Source: Octopus vulgaris
Taxonomy: Eukaryota
Direction: 5' to 3'
Assembly (NCBI GenBank): GCA_951406725.2
Contig: OX597823.1
Span: 77,004,001-77,068,000 of the forward strand
DNA: 64,000 nucleotides
In this document: positions 11,530 to 25,214 of the stretch, piece by piece
Position numbering within the stretch: the first letter of the stretch is position 1
Layout: every line of letters starts with the position of its first letter
Notes under the pieces: model-generated
The model's input: the letters and a program-made list of their open reading frames with translations, nothing else
Databases searched by the model: none
What the model was told of the DNA's origin: nothing
Made by a program: the position numbers and the translations under genes

Positions 11530-12735
11530 TATCATAAGCTTTATAATACAATCATAAAATGCAAAAGGAGTACAAAATTTGATTTTAAACAGAGATGTGT
11601 GCCCACATTACAATTTGCCACAAAGGAATATACTTCAATCAGAATTGTGTATTAAGAGCACTCAATATTTCTAAATATTTTGGCATTTTACAACTCCCCT
11701 CAAAAGCTCACCTTACACACATGGCACATAAAAGTGCCAGAGAAAATATATACTATGGCATTCATATTCAGTGTGAGACACAAAAGTGCAACAATTGTAG
11801 ATGAAATGCCTGGTGTGGTCCATAAAATACGTTATTTCATGTACTTTTTGCAAAAATAAAACCATTATGTCAATCCTGATAAGTTCTCTTATGTCAAAAC
11901 AAATTGTTGTAATAAATTTAGTCTAGTTCTCTAGCGTTTCAAAATATCTATCAGTTTAATGTAGACATATATAATAACAAAATGTCTCTGGTCATGCAGA
12001 TAGACATACGTAGGGAAACGTGTTTGTGTTCAGTGTACGCATGCAATTTAAAAGATAATAAATTTGCTTTACATATATCAACTCAGTGATGTTTATATAG
12101 AGCAAGGAGTCTAAGTAAAAGTTTATTGATTTACATGCCATATTTATAATCAAATAAGGACTTGCAAACTTGTAAATACACAACAGACAACGTATACATA
12201 TGTAATACAGATACATATACTTGTATAACTGGACATGTGAGAATATACAAGAGCATATATACATGAATTTTTGTGAGTGTGTACGTCTGTATGTATGCAA
12301 CTGCATGTTTATGCATGAATGTTTACATTATATATATGTAGGTATTTATGTACTTATATATAAACTTACATATACATAAGCACACACACAAACGCACTCA
12401 AACACACACACATGTATATATACATGTATATCAATGCACATGTACATACATATGTGTGTTTGTGTGTATGTGTAAATGAGCATGTGTATTATATTCATCA
12501 GTATATTTAGAAGTTTGTAAGTCTTCATGTGACTGTAAAATGATAGGCTACTCTATGGAATTAACTCTTTCTTATATGTATGCATGAGTGCGTATGTGTG
12601 TGTGTGTGTATAATGAAGCTTTATATATATATGTATAAAAACAATGAAGCATTAACAAGAAGCAGTGAAATATGTCTGTCACATTTTTCAACTGTTAAAA
12701 GGCAAATACATTGTAGTTACTGTGGAGAAAAAGAA

Positions 12736-13008
12736 TCTTAGGAATCCCAGACATCAATGTTTGGAGTTCTTTGACCCTTGTCAATGAGATGTACCTAAGA
12801 GAGACAACTCTGAACAAACTAAAAAAAGTCGTAGCTAACATTTAGTTGTTTACCTCAGTCAGGCAATCTACTAGCACATATCAGTCATCATGTTGACTGA
12901 ATTATTTATAAAGCTAGGACTTTAAGTTCGTTCAGAGTTGTCTCTCTTCGGTACATCTCATTGACAAGAACAAAAATCTCGAAACATCGATCTCTTGGAT
13001 TCCTAAGA
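12736..13008. repeat. fold-back inverted repeat, ~100-bp arms
   Basis: 12736-12837 is the imperfect reverse complement of 12912-13008. Confidence 0.85.
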
Positions 13009-13019
13009 GATTGTGACAC

Positions 13020-13116
13020 ACATACATATATATCTATATATTAACACATGCATCTAGAAAATATGTACAAACATATATGTGTGTGTGTATACATACACAC
13101 ACACACACACACACAT

Positions 13117-13160
<44 letters not shown>

Positions 13161-13218
13161 ATATGTATATATATGTATATATGTATATGTATATATGTGT
13201 ACATACATGTATATATGC

Positions 13219-13266
<48 letters not shown>

Positions 13267-13430
13267 TACATATATATATATGTAAATATATGTTTGTACA
13301 TAATTCTAGAGGCATGTGTAAATATAAAGATGTGTGTGTGTGTGTGTGTATGTATGCATGTATGTACATATGTATGGGAAATAGATAGATAGATGTTACT
13401 ACATATACACATATATGCACACATTATATA
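13020..13430. repeat. compound (TA)n/(CA)n microsatellite
   Basis: Direct inspection. Confidence 0.95.
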
Positions 13431-14329
13431 ATATTACCAAAACTCTGAGTAGCTCTTCTCTTCTCCAAACACCCATCCCACTGTCTGAGATTCACATTGA
13501 TTTATATAGAGGAGATTAACTAACCAAAGAACTTCAAATAAATACTTAAAGAGAGAAAATCTTCATTAATCTCAACTGCAATCAGCAGTGAGAGTTCTGT
13601 GGATTTATTTGACATGCTAAGCTTAATAATACTATTGTTCAAAGCCATTATTCTTAAACAGGAAATATGTAAGTGATCTTTGCGAAGGAACTCTGACCCT
13701 GTGTTTGGCAACAGTGAACTAACTTGCCATTAGCTTACATTTTCAATCTAATCCTCAATAGCAATCACAATCACAACAGCAGTAGATTATTCTGCTGCTA
13801 TCATGACACATCTTTTGAGTGAATGTTAAATGAAGCCCAGCATTTATTTATATCTGAAATAAATTAATAGGCTTAACGTTTAAGTAAGTTTGAAATTAAA
13901 ATAGTGCCTTGATGACAAAACATATTTCCATCATTCCCCAAACCCTTCTTCAATGACAGAATTGATATAAGGGAAGAGTGGGCTGCTTTGCACCTTATTT
14001 ATAAAAGAATGGGAACTCTGGAACTTTTGATGTCATGTTTATTTTACGTTATGCAATTCTTGAAGAAATTAAGTAAATCTTGTATGCGACTTTGTTCTAA
14101 TGCTAAATTGCAATTAAAGATCAAAAGCGAGAAGAAAATGAGATCAATCTTAGGGCAAATAAAAGAGCATAAATTTATAAATGTGCAACTTCATTATCCT
14201 CTCTTAGTATTCTTATGAATATTAGAAAGTAACTCGGTAATATAATGTCACCACATACTTGAAGGGGACACGATTTCCTTTGCAAACCTTGTTTTCTAGC
14301 CTGCAATCTTCCATAACGTAAATGAACGT

Positions 14330-15825
<1,496 letters not shown>

Positions 15826-16065
15826 TTACACTCTTAGAGTGGTTCGCATTAGGAAGGGCATCCAGCCATAGAAACCATGCCAAATCAGACTGGAATCTGG
15901 TGCACCCCTCAGCTTACCAGCCCTGGTCAAACCATCCAAACCATGCCAGCATGGACAATGGATGCTAAATGATGATGATAATGATGGTGATACTTACGTA
16001 CATATTTATATAAATATATAAATGCTTATTTATATACAATTATATAAATGCTAATATATATATAT

Positions 16066-16147
16066 AAAGACTTTCTCACCTCCCCAAGCATTAAACTAAT
16101 ACACCTGTTTGTTGTTTATACACCTGTCTTCATCATTTGTTTTTCTG

Positions 16148-16152
<5 letters not shown>
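16066..16152 (+). mobile_element. 5'-truncated copy of hammerhead family 2 element
   Basis: AAAGACTTTCTCACC...AAACTAATACACCTGT matches 40484 onward; flanked by (TA)n. Confidence 0.75.
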
Positions 16153-16197
<45 letters not shown>

Positions 16198-16206
16198 TAT
16201 GTATGT

Positions 16207-16462
16207 ATAAACCAAGAGGGAAGATGGAGATAAGATGAATAAAAATTTATTAACACTTTGACAAGACCTACAATTGTTTTAATTCATCACTTACAGTATC
16301 ACTGATGATATTCTGGCAAATAATAATTAACCAAATTGATTTGATTAAATTAAATTCGATTGATTTTATACTATAAGATATGAAATGAAACAACTGTAGG
16401 TCTTATCAATGTATTAATAAATTTTTTATTAATCTTACCTCCATCTTCTCTCTTGGTTTTAT
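16207..16462. repeat. fold-back inverted repeat, ~80-bp arms
   Basis: AACCAAGAGGGAAGATGGAGATAAGA...GACCTACAATTGTTT versus AAACAACTGTAGGTC...TCTTACCTCCATCTTCTCTCTTGGTT. Confidence 0.85.
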
Positions 16463-16562
16463 AATGATATGTGTGTGAGTGTGCCTATATTATAAAGTAT
16501 GCAACTAGTCTAATCCTCGATATTTCTATCCCTCAGAGCTTTATATATCCTCACTTGTACTC

Positions 16563-16606
<44 letters not shown>

Positions 16607-16829
16607 TAATAATAATATTAGGGAGTATAATTCCAAACTAACAGTAATTTGAATTTAAATTATAGCCATGAAATGTACATTGTTTTTTTACTTATTATAT
16701 ATTGTTTATTCATTTTTGTACTTTTTATGATCTAGTTATATGTTTTAAAATATATATTATTTTTTTTATATGATATGGTTTATGTCTATCATTGTTTGAA
16801 TTGCATAGAAGTGGTTTTTCTCTAATTCC

Positions 16830-16873
<44 letters not shown>

Positions 16874-17420
16874 TTAGATATATGTATATGTCTATATAAA
16901 TATTTATATACAAGCATTTACATATATTTATAGATATCTTCATAATAATTACTATTTTGATGTCTTCTTTTCCCTCTTTGAATACATTAGGTAACAGTTA
17001 TTAAAGCAGATTTTGTATTTTCTATTAGATGAATATTCTTCTTATCACTAGTTCTCTTCTGTTTTCAAGCAACGTAATATTTCCCATGAGGGTATGTGGA
17101 AAATTGCAAATAGATGTTTGTCATAATATAGAAACGTACACATACAGGCATGCGCATGCACACACATTCATGCAAATTCGTATGAACAACAAGCTTCTTG
17201 TTCATTTCTTGTCAATCAAATCCACTTCCAAGTTTTCGGTCGACCTGCTGCTATAATAGAAAACATTTACACAAGATGGTGTACAGTGGGACTGCAGATG
17301 CGTGCAGCTGTAAGGCAAACTTCTCAAACAAATGGCTATGCCTGCACAAGTATCTGTGTGTGCATATATATATATATATACACACACATACACATACTGA
17401 CACATATATATATATATATA

Positions 17421-17454
<34 letters not shown>

Positions 17455-17483
17455 ATCATCATCATTACATATATACATGTGCC

Positions 17484-17518
<35 letters not shown>

Positions 17519-17522
<4 letters not shown>

Positions 17523-17713
17523 AAAGTTTACAAAAAAAAACAAAAAGCAAAGACAGGTGGTGTACAAAACAAACAGATGTATTAGTATAACGCTCTAGAA
17601 TAGAAAAAGTCTTTTACGTTTCGAGCCTACGCTCTTCTGCAGAAAGGTACTCAGAAAAAAACAAGGAGAGAAAAAAATGTGTGTAGTGGCTAATGATCTA
17701 TCATGACGTCTGA

Positions 17714-17716
<3 letters not shown>
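17519..17716 (-). mobile_element. short Penelope-type non-autonomous element (hammerhead family 2)
   Basis: ~200-bp unit between (TA)n tracts; homologous to 40425-40560 and 56465-56646. Confidence 0.75.
17610..17647 (-). ncRNA. minimal hammerhead-like motif, variant core (family 2)
   Basis: CTTT-CTGCAGA-A-GAGC-gtag-GCTC-GAAAC-GTA-AAAG. Confidence 0.6.
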
Positions 17717-17752
<36 letters not shown>

Positions 17753-18341
17753 AGTATGTTCATATACATGTGTATATATGCATATATATGCATATATATT
17801 TATATATATATATATTATATGATTGAATGCCACACATCTTCTTCCTTGTAAGTTTATCTTAATAATTCCGATGCACACTCTATACAATCTTTTAACTCTT
17901 TCGTTTTTCTATATTTCTTTCTTCTCCTAACTTGTGTTTCTTTCTTTCTCTCTGCTGTAGCTGGAACAAGGAACACATGTTCTTTGTTTGTCTGCTGTCC
18001 AAGCTTGATTTACACCTTCACCACCACAACCTCATTTAGGTTTAGCAGCTCTTCCTGTTTGTTTTCACTGTCCTATTTGTGTTACCAATTTTGATCTTCC
18101 ACAAAATCCTAAATTTTATTTAATTTGCTTTGTGGGAGCAACTGTTTTATCGCAAGCATATATAGTTGTTAAATGCTCAAAATCGAGACTAGAAAAACAG
18201 CCAGCAACTGATGAAGTGTCATTCTTTATGTTGTGTCATTTATTGTTTGAAAGAATAGTTCATGTTCCATGAACTCATGCTTTGTATCTTTTGTTGTACA
18301 CATTTCATGACATCCCGTGCCCACATACACACATATATATA

Positions 18342-18383
<42 letters not shown>

Positions 18384-18828
18384 TATCTCTACATATATAT
18401 ATGTACTAACATACACACTTCTGAAAATATAAATTTGTGTTCATAATTTGCATGCAATTTCCACTCTTGGACATTCCCTTCATCAGCTGTGAGACTGGGG
18501 ATCACTCTGGTTTTCACACCATTTACAATACTGATGCTTGAAAATGTTCGTGTTTTTTTGGCCAATACAGTATGAAACTCATTTCAGTCTATTATCCATG
18601 CAGTTAACACCTAACACCATGTGCAGCTGCAACCACTCTAACCTCCAACAATTATTTTGTTTGAGTTCTCAATGAAGATTTATTTGTTGCTCTCAGCCTT
18701 GGCCTTTGATACGTCTCTTCTATATCCATGATAAAGCGTTTTCTATATCCGTCTCCATATCACAAATTACTGCTCTCATATCACTCACAATTCAATATAT
18801 ACATATATATATATATATTTGCGTTTGT

Positions 18829-18866
<38 letters not shown>

Positions 18867-18958
18867 TGTGTGTATGTGTATATATATTTGTGTGTGTGTA
18901 TGTGTATATATGTATAAATATATATATACCTGTGTGTGTGTATAATATATATGTATGG

Positions 18959-18998
<40 letters not shown>

Positions 18999-19629
18999 AT
19001 ATATATACATTTATGTAAAATGTTTGTGTGCGTATGTATGTGCATATACATCTATGTGTCGCTGTATCTATGTATGTGCATATATTAGCTCATAGAATGG
19101 ATCGTTGACATTTAAAAATATTTGATTGTTATTATTTTTTGTTTTTGTGCATATCGTTTTTCTTTTATTTCATATTTGCATTTCTTTTCCTAATTCTTGC
19201 AACATTTTCTTTCTATTTGATATAATTATATTTTTTTAGATTTATCTCTCCATCTTTTTATCTTTTGTTGTCTTTCAATCTTACTTTGTCTTTTTATTAA
19301 TGTTTTTTTTTTTTTTATTCAATCTCATTCTCTTTTACAAAGATTTCAAGTTCAGTTCTGATTTCACCATTTTATTGTTTCACACTATTTGAATGTGACA
19401 TTTTGTTATGATCAAGTTCATACTTATTTGTTTTTTTTGTTTTTTTTTATGTCTTTGTTTTTAATACTTTTCTACAATAGTCATTATAAGTGCTGGTATG
19501 GTTGTGTTATTGAGAACTTCACTTTGTAATCATATGGATTCAGATTGAATCTCATTGTGCTGCAACTTGAGCATGTTGTTAAAAGTGTCCTTTGCTATGA
19601 ACCCTGGGCTGACCCATGCTCTGTGAGTG

Positions 19630-19889
19630 TGTGGAGGCACATGGCCTAGTGGTTAGAGAAGCAGATTCGTGGTTGGGGGATCATGGGTTTGAATCTCAGA
19701 CCGGGCAATGTGTGTGTTTATGAGCGAAGCACCTAAGCTCCATGTGGTTCCGGCTGAAGGTAATAACGAACTTCTGCTGATTCTTTTGCCACAACTTTCT
19801 CTCACTCTTTCCTCCTGCATCTCACCTGCGACAGACCAGGAAACCGGGAAACTGGCCCTTATGAGCCTAGTGTGGCTCAAGAAGGAACA
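19630..19889 (+). mobile_element. SINE family C nested in an old family A SINE
   Basis: A-box TGGCCTAGTGG; 14-bp TSD ATGCTCTGTGAGTG at 19616-19629 and 19890-19903. Confidence 0.9.
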
Positions 19890-20086
19890 ATGCTCTGTGA
19901 GTGACTTTGGTAGAAGGAGACTGTGTAGAAGCCTATTGTATAGTTAGTTATGCATACATATATGTGTGTGTGTGAGTGTGTCTGTATATGTATGTATGTG
20001 GATGTGCTGTGTGTATGTATGAGTGTATGTCCATGTTTGTTTGTCCTCCACCAGCACTTGATGACCAATATTGGTTTGTTCCAAAA

Positions 20087-20283
20087 GGCGGTGAACTGGC
20101 AGAAACATTAGTACACCAGGCAAAATGCTTAGCGATATTTTGTTTGCCATTACGTTCTGACCTCCAAGGTCAACTTTGTCTTTCATCCTTTCAGGGTTGA
20201 TAAATTAAGTACCAGTTACGCACTGGAGTCGGTCCTTGTTTGTACCCTCTATGTTTAGCCCCTTGTGGGCAATAAAGAAATAA
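20087..20283 (+). mobile_element. SINE family B
   Basis: GGCGGTGAACTGGCAGAAACATTAG head and CTTTCATCCTTTCAGGG core. Confidence 0.8.
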
Positions 20284-21072
20284 TATTGGTTTGTTCCCCT
20301 CCCCATTACTTGGTAATTCAGCAACAGAGGTCAATAGAATAAGCACCAGTTTTATAAACATTGGGGTCAATTTGTTGAACTAAAGACTTCAATGTGGTGC
20401 TCCAGCATGGCCACATTCAAATGACTGAAGCAAGTAAAAAAAAAACATAGAAGATAAAAATAATAGCAGTGAATTGTAAAGACAGAATCAACATAACATC
20501 AGGCAGGAAGAATGCTCAACTGTATGATAGACTTTTATATGTTGAGTTCCAGTCCTAACACAGCCCACTTTGTCTTTCGGAATTGCTGGGTTAATAAAAT
20601 AACATACCAGCTTAAAATACTGCGGTTAATTTTATTAACTCTAATCTCACACAAAATTTGTAGCTTTGTGTGTTGTTAGCATGCCTGACAAGATAATTGG
20701 TTTTATATATTTATGCTCTTTACTGTCTGAGTTTAACCCTTAAACAGCAGGCAAGGTTTACATGAATGCGTGTACCAAATGGATAGAGAATTTTAAAAAA
20801 TATCTTCTTTTCCTTAAGAGAAATTTTTATACTTATTTTCACTTCGAATAAATATAAAAGCTATACACAGTAAAACTGACAATTTCATTGCTGAAAATTG
20901 CCATAAAATATTCACTTGCCTTCGGATCCAGTTTGAGCATAAATTCATTTGAGATTCCTGAATTGTTCTTATCAAATGAATAAGCAAATAGAGAAAAACA
21001 AGGGCACTTTTCCATCCAGAGTTAGATGAAGTATCAGTTTCTTCTGTGCACTGTAGAGCATCATTATTATTA

Positions 21073-21265
21073 AGGCAGCGAACTGGCAGAAACGTTAGCA
21101 TGCTGGGTGAAATGCTTAGTGGTATTTCGTCTGTCTTCACATTCTGAGTTCAAATTCCACCAAGGTCGACTTTGCCTTTCATCCTTTTGGGGTCGATAAG
21201 TTAAGTACCAATTGTGTACTGGGAGTGATCTAATCGACTAGCCCCACACCTCCCCCAAAATTAGA
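21073..21265 (+). mobile_element. SINE family B
   Basis: GGCAGCGAACTGGCAGAAACGTTAGC head, GAGTTCAAATTCC B-box and Meta-like core. Confidence 0.85.
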
Positions 21266-21729
21266 AAGTCTGTCTCAATAAACTCCATCCAAGCCATACC
21301 AGCATAGAAAAGTGGATTTTAAAAGGATGATCATCATGGTTATACTCCTCTTACAAAAATTGGAATCATTGTATTGATACGAGAAATCAATATGATAGTC
21401 CTTTCAGTCTTTCAGGGTTGATATAACAAGCACCAGTTCAACATTGGGGTCAATATAATCGTCTTATTCTCTCCCCTTGAATTGCTGGCCTTGTACCAAA
21501 ATTTGAAAGCATTATACTGGATATTCAGACTAAAGTTGACGATGTATTTATGTCATATTTTTTCAAGAATAGCTTGATATATTGGTAAAAAATCAAAGGT
21601 GTTGGAGTGTATAAAGATTAAAGTTGAAGTTGAAAAAAAGTTAGCTGACATGACCAAGTGGAAACCATCTAAATATTGGAAGTGTCACTTGTATCATGAT
21701 GTTTTGTACCAGGTATCAAAATTCTGACA

Positions 21730-22240
21730 TCATGACTGCTGCTCAATTTTTTGTGAATACTGTAAAGGCTGGTAAACATGACTTGGACATCATGTAAGCC
21801 AAACTACACCAAACTGTAATGGTTCTTGTGAGTGTCTTCAGCAAGGGTGATATCATACCATCTTACAGAGCCCTAAGCTCAATTTAGACAGCTGTGTGAA
21901 GCCTCTGGAGACTCTTGTCAATTTCTCACTGGAGAGGGTTATATGTGTGGCAACAGGATTTGTCTTCTTGCCATACCTCCAGGAAGAGTTACAAGTGGTT
22001 GTTGGAGATTTTCTATGATTTCACCAATGCTAATTTTTGGTTTCCTAATTCACCCTATTTGTAATCTTATGGATTTCTATATGAAAGCTGAGCTGTTCCA
22101 ACTGCTCTGTTTGCCATATGAAAGCTGAGCTAGTGGCCAAGATCAAAGAAGTGTTCAAAGATCTCCTCAAGGACACAGTGAGGAATGCATGAGCTAGGTT
22201 CTGGAGCCATCTTGAGGCCATGGTAGAGTGCAGCTACTCT
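21730..22240 (+). pseudogene. decayed Tc1/mariner-superfamily (possibly maT/DD37D-like) transposase fragment
   Basis: Translation VMVL...SKGDIIP...YVWQQDLSSCHTSRKSYKWLLEIFYDFTNANFWFPNSP and KAELVAKIKEVFKDL; stops and frameshifts present. Confidence 0.75.
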
Positions 22241-22379
22241 GAGTAAACTGTTATTTCCCCACCATAACCAAGATGGGTATATTTTAGAATTGATTGAGCT
22301 TCAAATAAAATAATTTGCACTTTTCTTTTTGAATGGAATATTGTGTGATCTTTTCCTTTTATGCATACTGCCATATTTA

Positions 22380-23120
22380 GTCGAACCGCTAAGTTACGAT
22401 GACATAAACATACCAGCATCGGTTGTCAAGTGATGTTAGTGGGACAAACATAGACACACAAACACATACACACACACACATATCATCATCATCATCATTT
22501 AGTGTCCGCCTTCCATGCTAGCATGGGTTGGACGGTTCAACTGGAGTCTGGGAAGCCAGAAGGCTGTACCAGGCCCAGTCTGATCTAGCAATGTTTCTAC
22601 GGCTGGATGCACTTCCTAACGCCAACCACTCCGTCAGTGTAGTGGGTGCTTCTTAGGTGCCAGATGGGGCTGGCAAACAGCCATAGTTGGATGGTGCTTT
22701 TTACATGCCACCGGCACGGAGGCCCATTGGGACGGCACTGGCAACAGCCATGTTCGGATGGTTCACTTACATGCCACAGGCACTGGTATCACAGCTACAA
22801 TTTCCATTGATGTTGATCAATTTCGATTTTGATTCTTATTCTCACTTGCCTCAATATGTCTTCACAAGTAGAGTTTTGTGTCCAAGAAGGAAAGGTATGC
22901 ATAAGTGGACTGGCTACACTTACGCATACCTTTCCTTCTTGGATACACATATATATGATAGGCTTCTTTCAGTTTCCATCTACCAAATCCACTCACAAGG
23001 TTTTGGTCAGCCCGAGGCTATAGTAGAAGACACTTGCCCAAGGTGCCACACAGTGGGACTGAACCCAGAACCATGTTGTTGGTAAGCAAGCTACTTACCA
23101 CACAGCTACAGCTACACCTA
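22380..23120 (-). mobile_element. SINE family A interrupted by a (GAT)n-tailed retroposon (~22483-22930)
   Basis: SINE halves at ~22380-22482 and ~22945-23120 flank a (CAT)n-starting insert. Confidence 0.8.
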
Positions 23121-23389
23121 TCTTTTTAGTATTGAGTTCAAATCCTGCTGAGGTTCACTTTGCCTTTGAGCCCTTTGAGGTCTATAAAATAATATACCTT
23201 TTATTTTATTATTTTTGTTTTGCTTTCAATAAAATACATATAGTAAATGGGAGGAGGATTGTGTAAATAATTAACAAGAATTTCCTGCTCCAGCATGGAC
23301 AGTAATTGTAATAATATGGAGATATGCACTGGAACAATGCATCACTACATTCCTCGTCTGTTAGGGATTCCCTACTACTCCTGGCATGA

Positions 23390-23712
23390 GAAGGTGCATG
23401 GCTTAGCGGTTAGGGTATTCGACTCATGATTGTAAGGTTGTGAGTTCAATTCCCGAAGACTCATTGTGTCCTTGAGCAAGACACTTTATTTCACGTTGCT
23501 CCAGTCCACTCACCTGGCAAAAGTGAGTTGTACCTGTATTTCAAAGGGCCAGCCTTGTCACACTCTGTATCAATGCTGAATCTCTCTGAGAGCTACGTTA
23601 GGGGTATGCGTGTCTGTAGATTGCTCAGTCACTTGCACGTTAACCTCATGAGCAGGCTGTTCCATTGATCGTATCAGCTGGAACCCTCGTCGTCATAACC
23701 AACAGAGTGCTC
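23390..23712 (+). mobile_element. tRNA-derived SINE, CORE-like head with a distinct tail
   Basis: TGGCTTAGCGG A-box, GAGTTCAATTCC B-box, TGTCCTTGAGCAAGACAC; flanking direct repeat CTACTACTCCTGGCA (TSD-like); partial inverted copy at ~4630-4775. Confidence 0.8.
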
Positions 23713-25214
23713 CTATCTACTACTCCTGGCAACTCCTCAGGCAACAACCCTCTAACCCATGGGTCTGTTTGGGTAATCATTGCTCGGAGTGCAAATCCTA
23801 CCCCAACATATTTTAGTCAACTTTTAAATTACACAAAGGAAATATTGGGTCTAGTTTTGACATGCCAGCCCTCACACTGCACTAGAGCAATATAAAATGA
23901 AGTGTTTTCCTTCTGAACACAATGTGATACTCAGTCCAGAAACTGACCCCATGAACGTCAGATAATCAGTGCAACACTCTAACCACTAGGCCATGTGGCT
24001 TCACATTGGGTAGAACAAAATATAAAAGCAACATAGCCGCAAACACACTGAAAGCATAAAAGGAATAAAAGAATATAGGAATCAATAGAATATGTACAAT
24101 AATCTTAAATTTGTATCTTTCATAATAACCATGTTATTGAACATTTGTACTGTGGTCTGTAGATTCTATAATGCCTACAGTATAAAATATGTACAATAAT
24201 CTGCATTCTTCAGCTTCCATAGCAACCATAGCATTGAATGTTGGTAATGATCTGAAATCAGTAGCTCCCAGAGCAGCCATAATATTGAATCACGACTCTA
24301 TCTTTTACAAAAATCAAAAGTTTACTGTGTCTACAATAGTCAGACTTACAATAAAAGGAAAATACAAACTCGTGTCCACTTGATAGACCAATAAAGTCAA
24401 TATATGATTGAAAGCTAATCAATATTGGCTGTGACTAGAATATATTTCTTTGAGAATTGCCTGACTGTCCAGTTGTTATATATATGATTTATTTTATAAT
24501 TTTTTTTTCCACATGTTACTTATTAGACTTTGTAGACGAGATACATTTTTTGATTTGCTTTGAATTTTGTTGCTGTTTTGTTGTTGTTGTTGTTGTATGT
24601 CAAGGTTTGTCATCATAAATAGCCTTCCCTCAATCACAGCTGTCATATTATTAACGGAGATATTTTTCTTCTTTCTCTTCTTTATACATTGATGTTATTA
24701 TGGTGTGAGTGGATGTCATATTCTAACTTGTTACAGAGATTGACCTAATCTACTTTTACTAAACATAAGAGAATCTGTACGTTTGTCCCATTTATTATTT
24801 AATTTTGCTTTGTCTTCTGACTCTACATACGAATGGCGATATTTTTAGTAACTTTTAGTTAACCTAAACATTCTCTTTAGCATTATTATTATTCCCAGGT
24901 TAGTTCTTTTTTCTTATTTCAGAGAAGCAAGCTAGCAGAATCGTTAGCATACCAGGTAAAGTACTAAGGGACATTTCATCCATCTTTACATACTGAATTC
25001 AAATTTCACTGGAATCACCTAAGCCTTTCATCTTGTTGGGGTTGATAAAATAAGTACCAGTTAAGTACTGGGGTCAATCTCATTGACTTAACCCTCGCTC
25101 TAAAATTGCTAGCCTTGTGCCAAAATTTCAGAGAAGTGTTTGCCAGGCAAGAGATTTTCATCTGAGGCCATGTGTTGGAGCTAAAATAATTACAGCCCAT
25201 AAGTTACATATTCA

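Noticed and set aside
13520-13711. LINE endonuclease-like or coding ORF
   Set aside because: Only a vague LIAVEI...LSIY resemblance, with no catalytic motifs
18200-18500. CTGATGA motifs at ~18208 (plus) and ~18485 (minus)
   Set aside because: No stem II plus GAAAC-NUH arrangement could be folded
20814-21140. 108-aa minus-strand ORF
   Set aside because: It starts inside a SINE, and the remainder has no recognisable features
24189-24383. Short ORFs on both strands
   Set aside because: No convincing splice signals or recognisable domain
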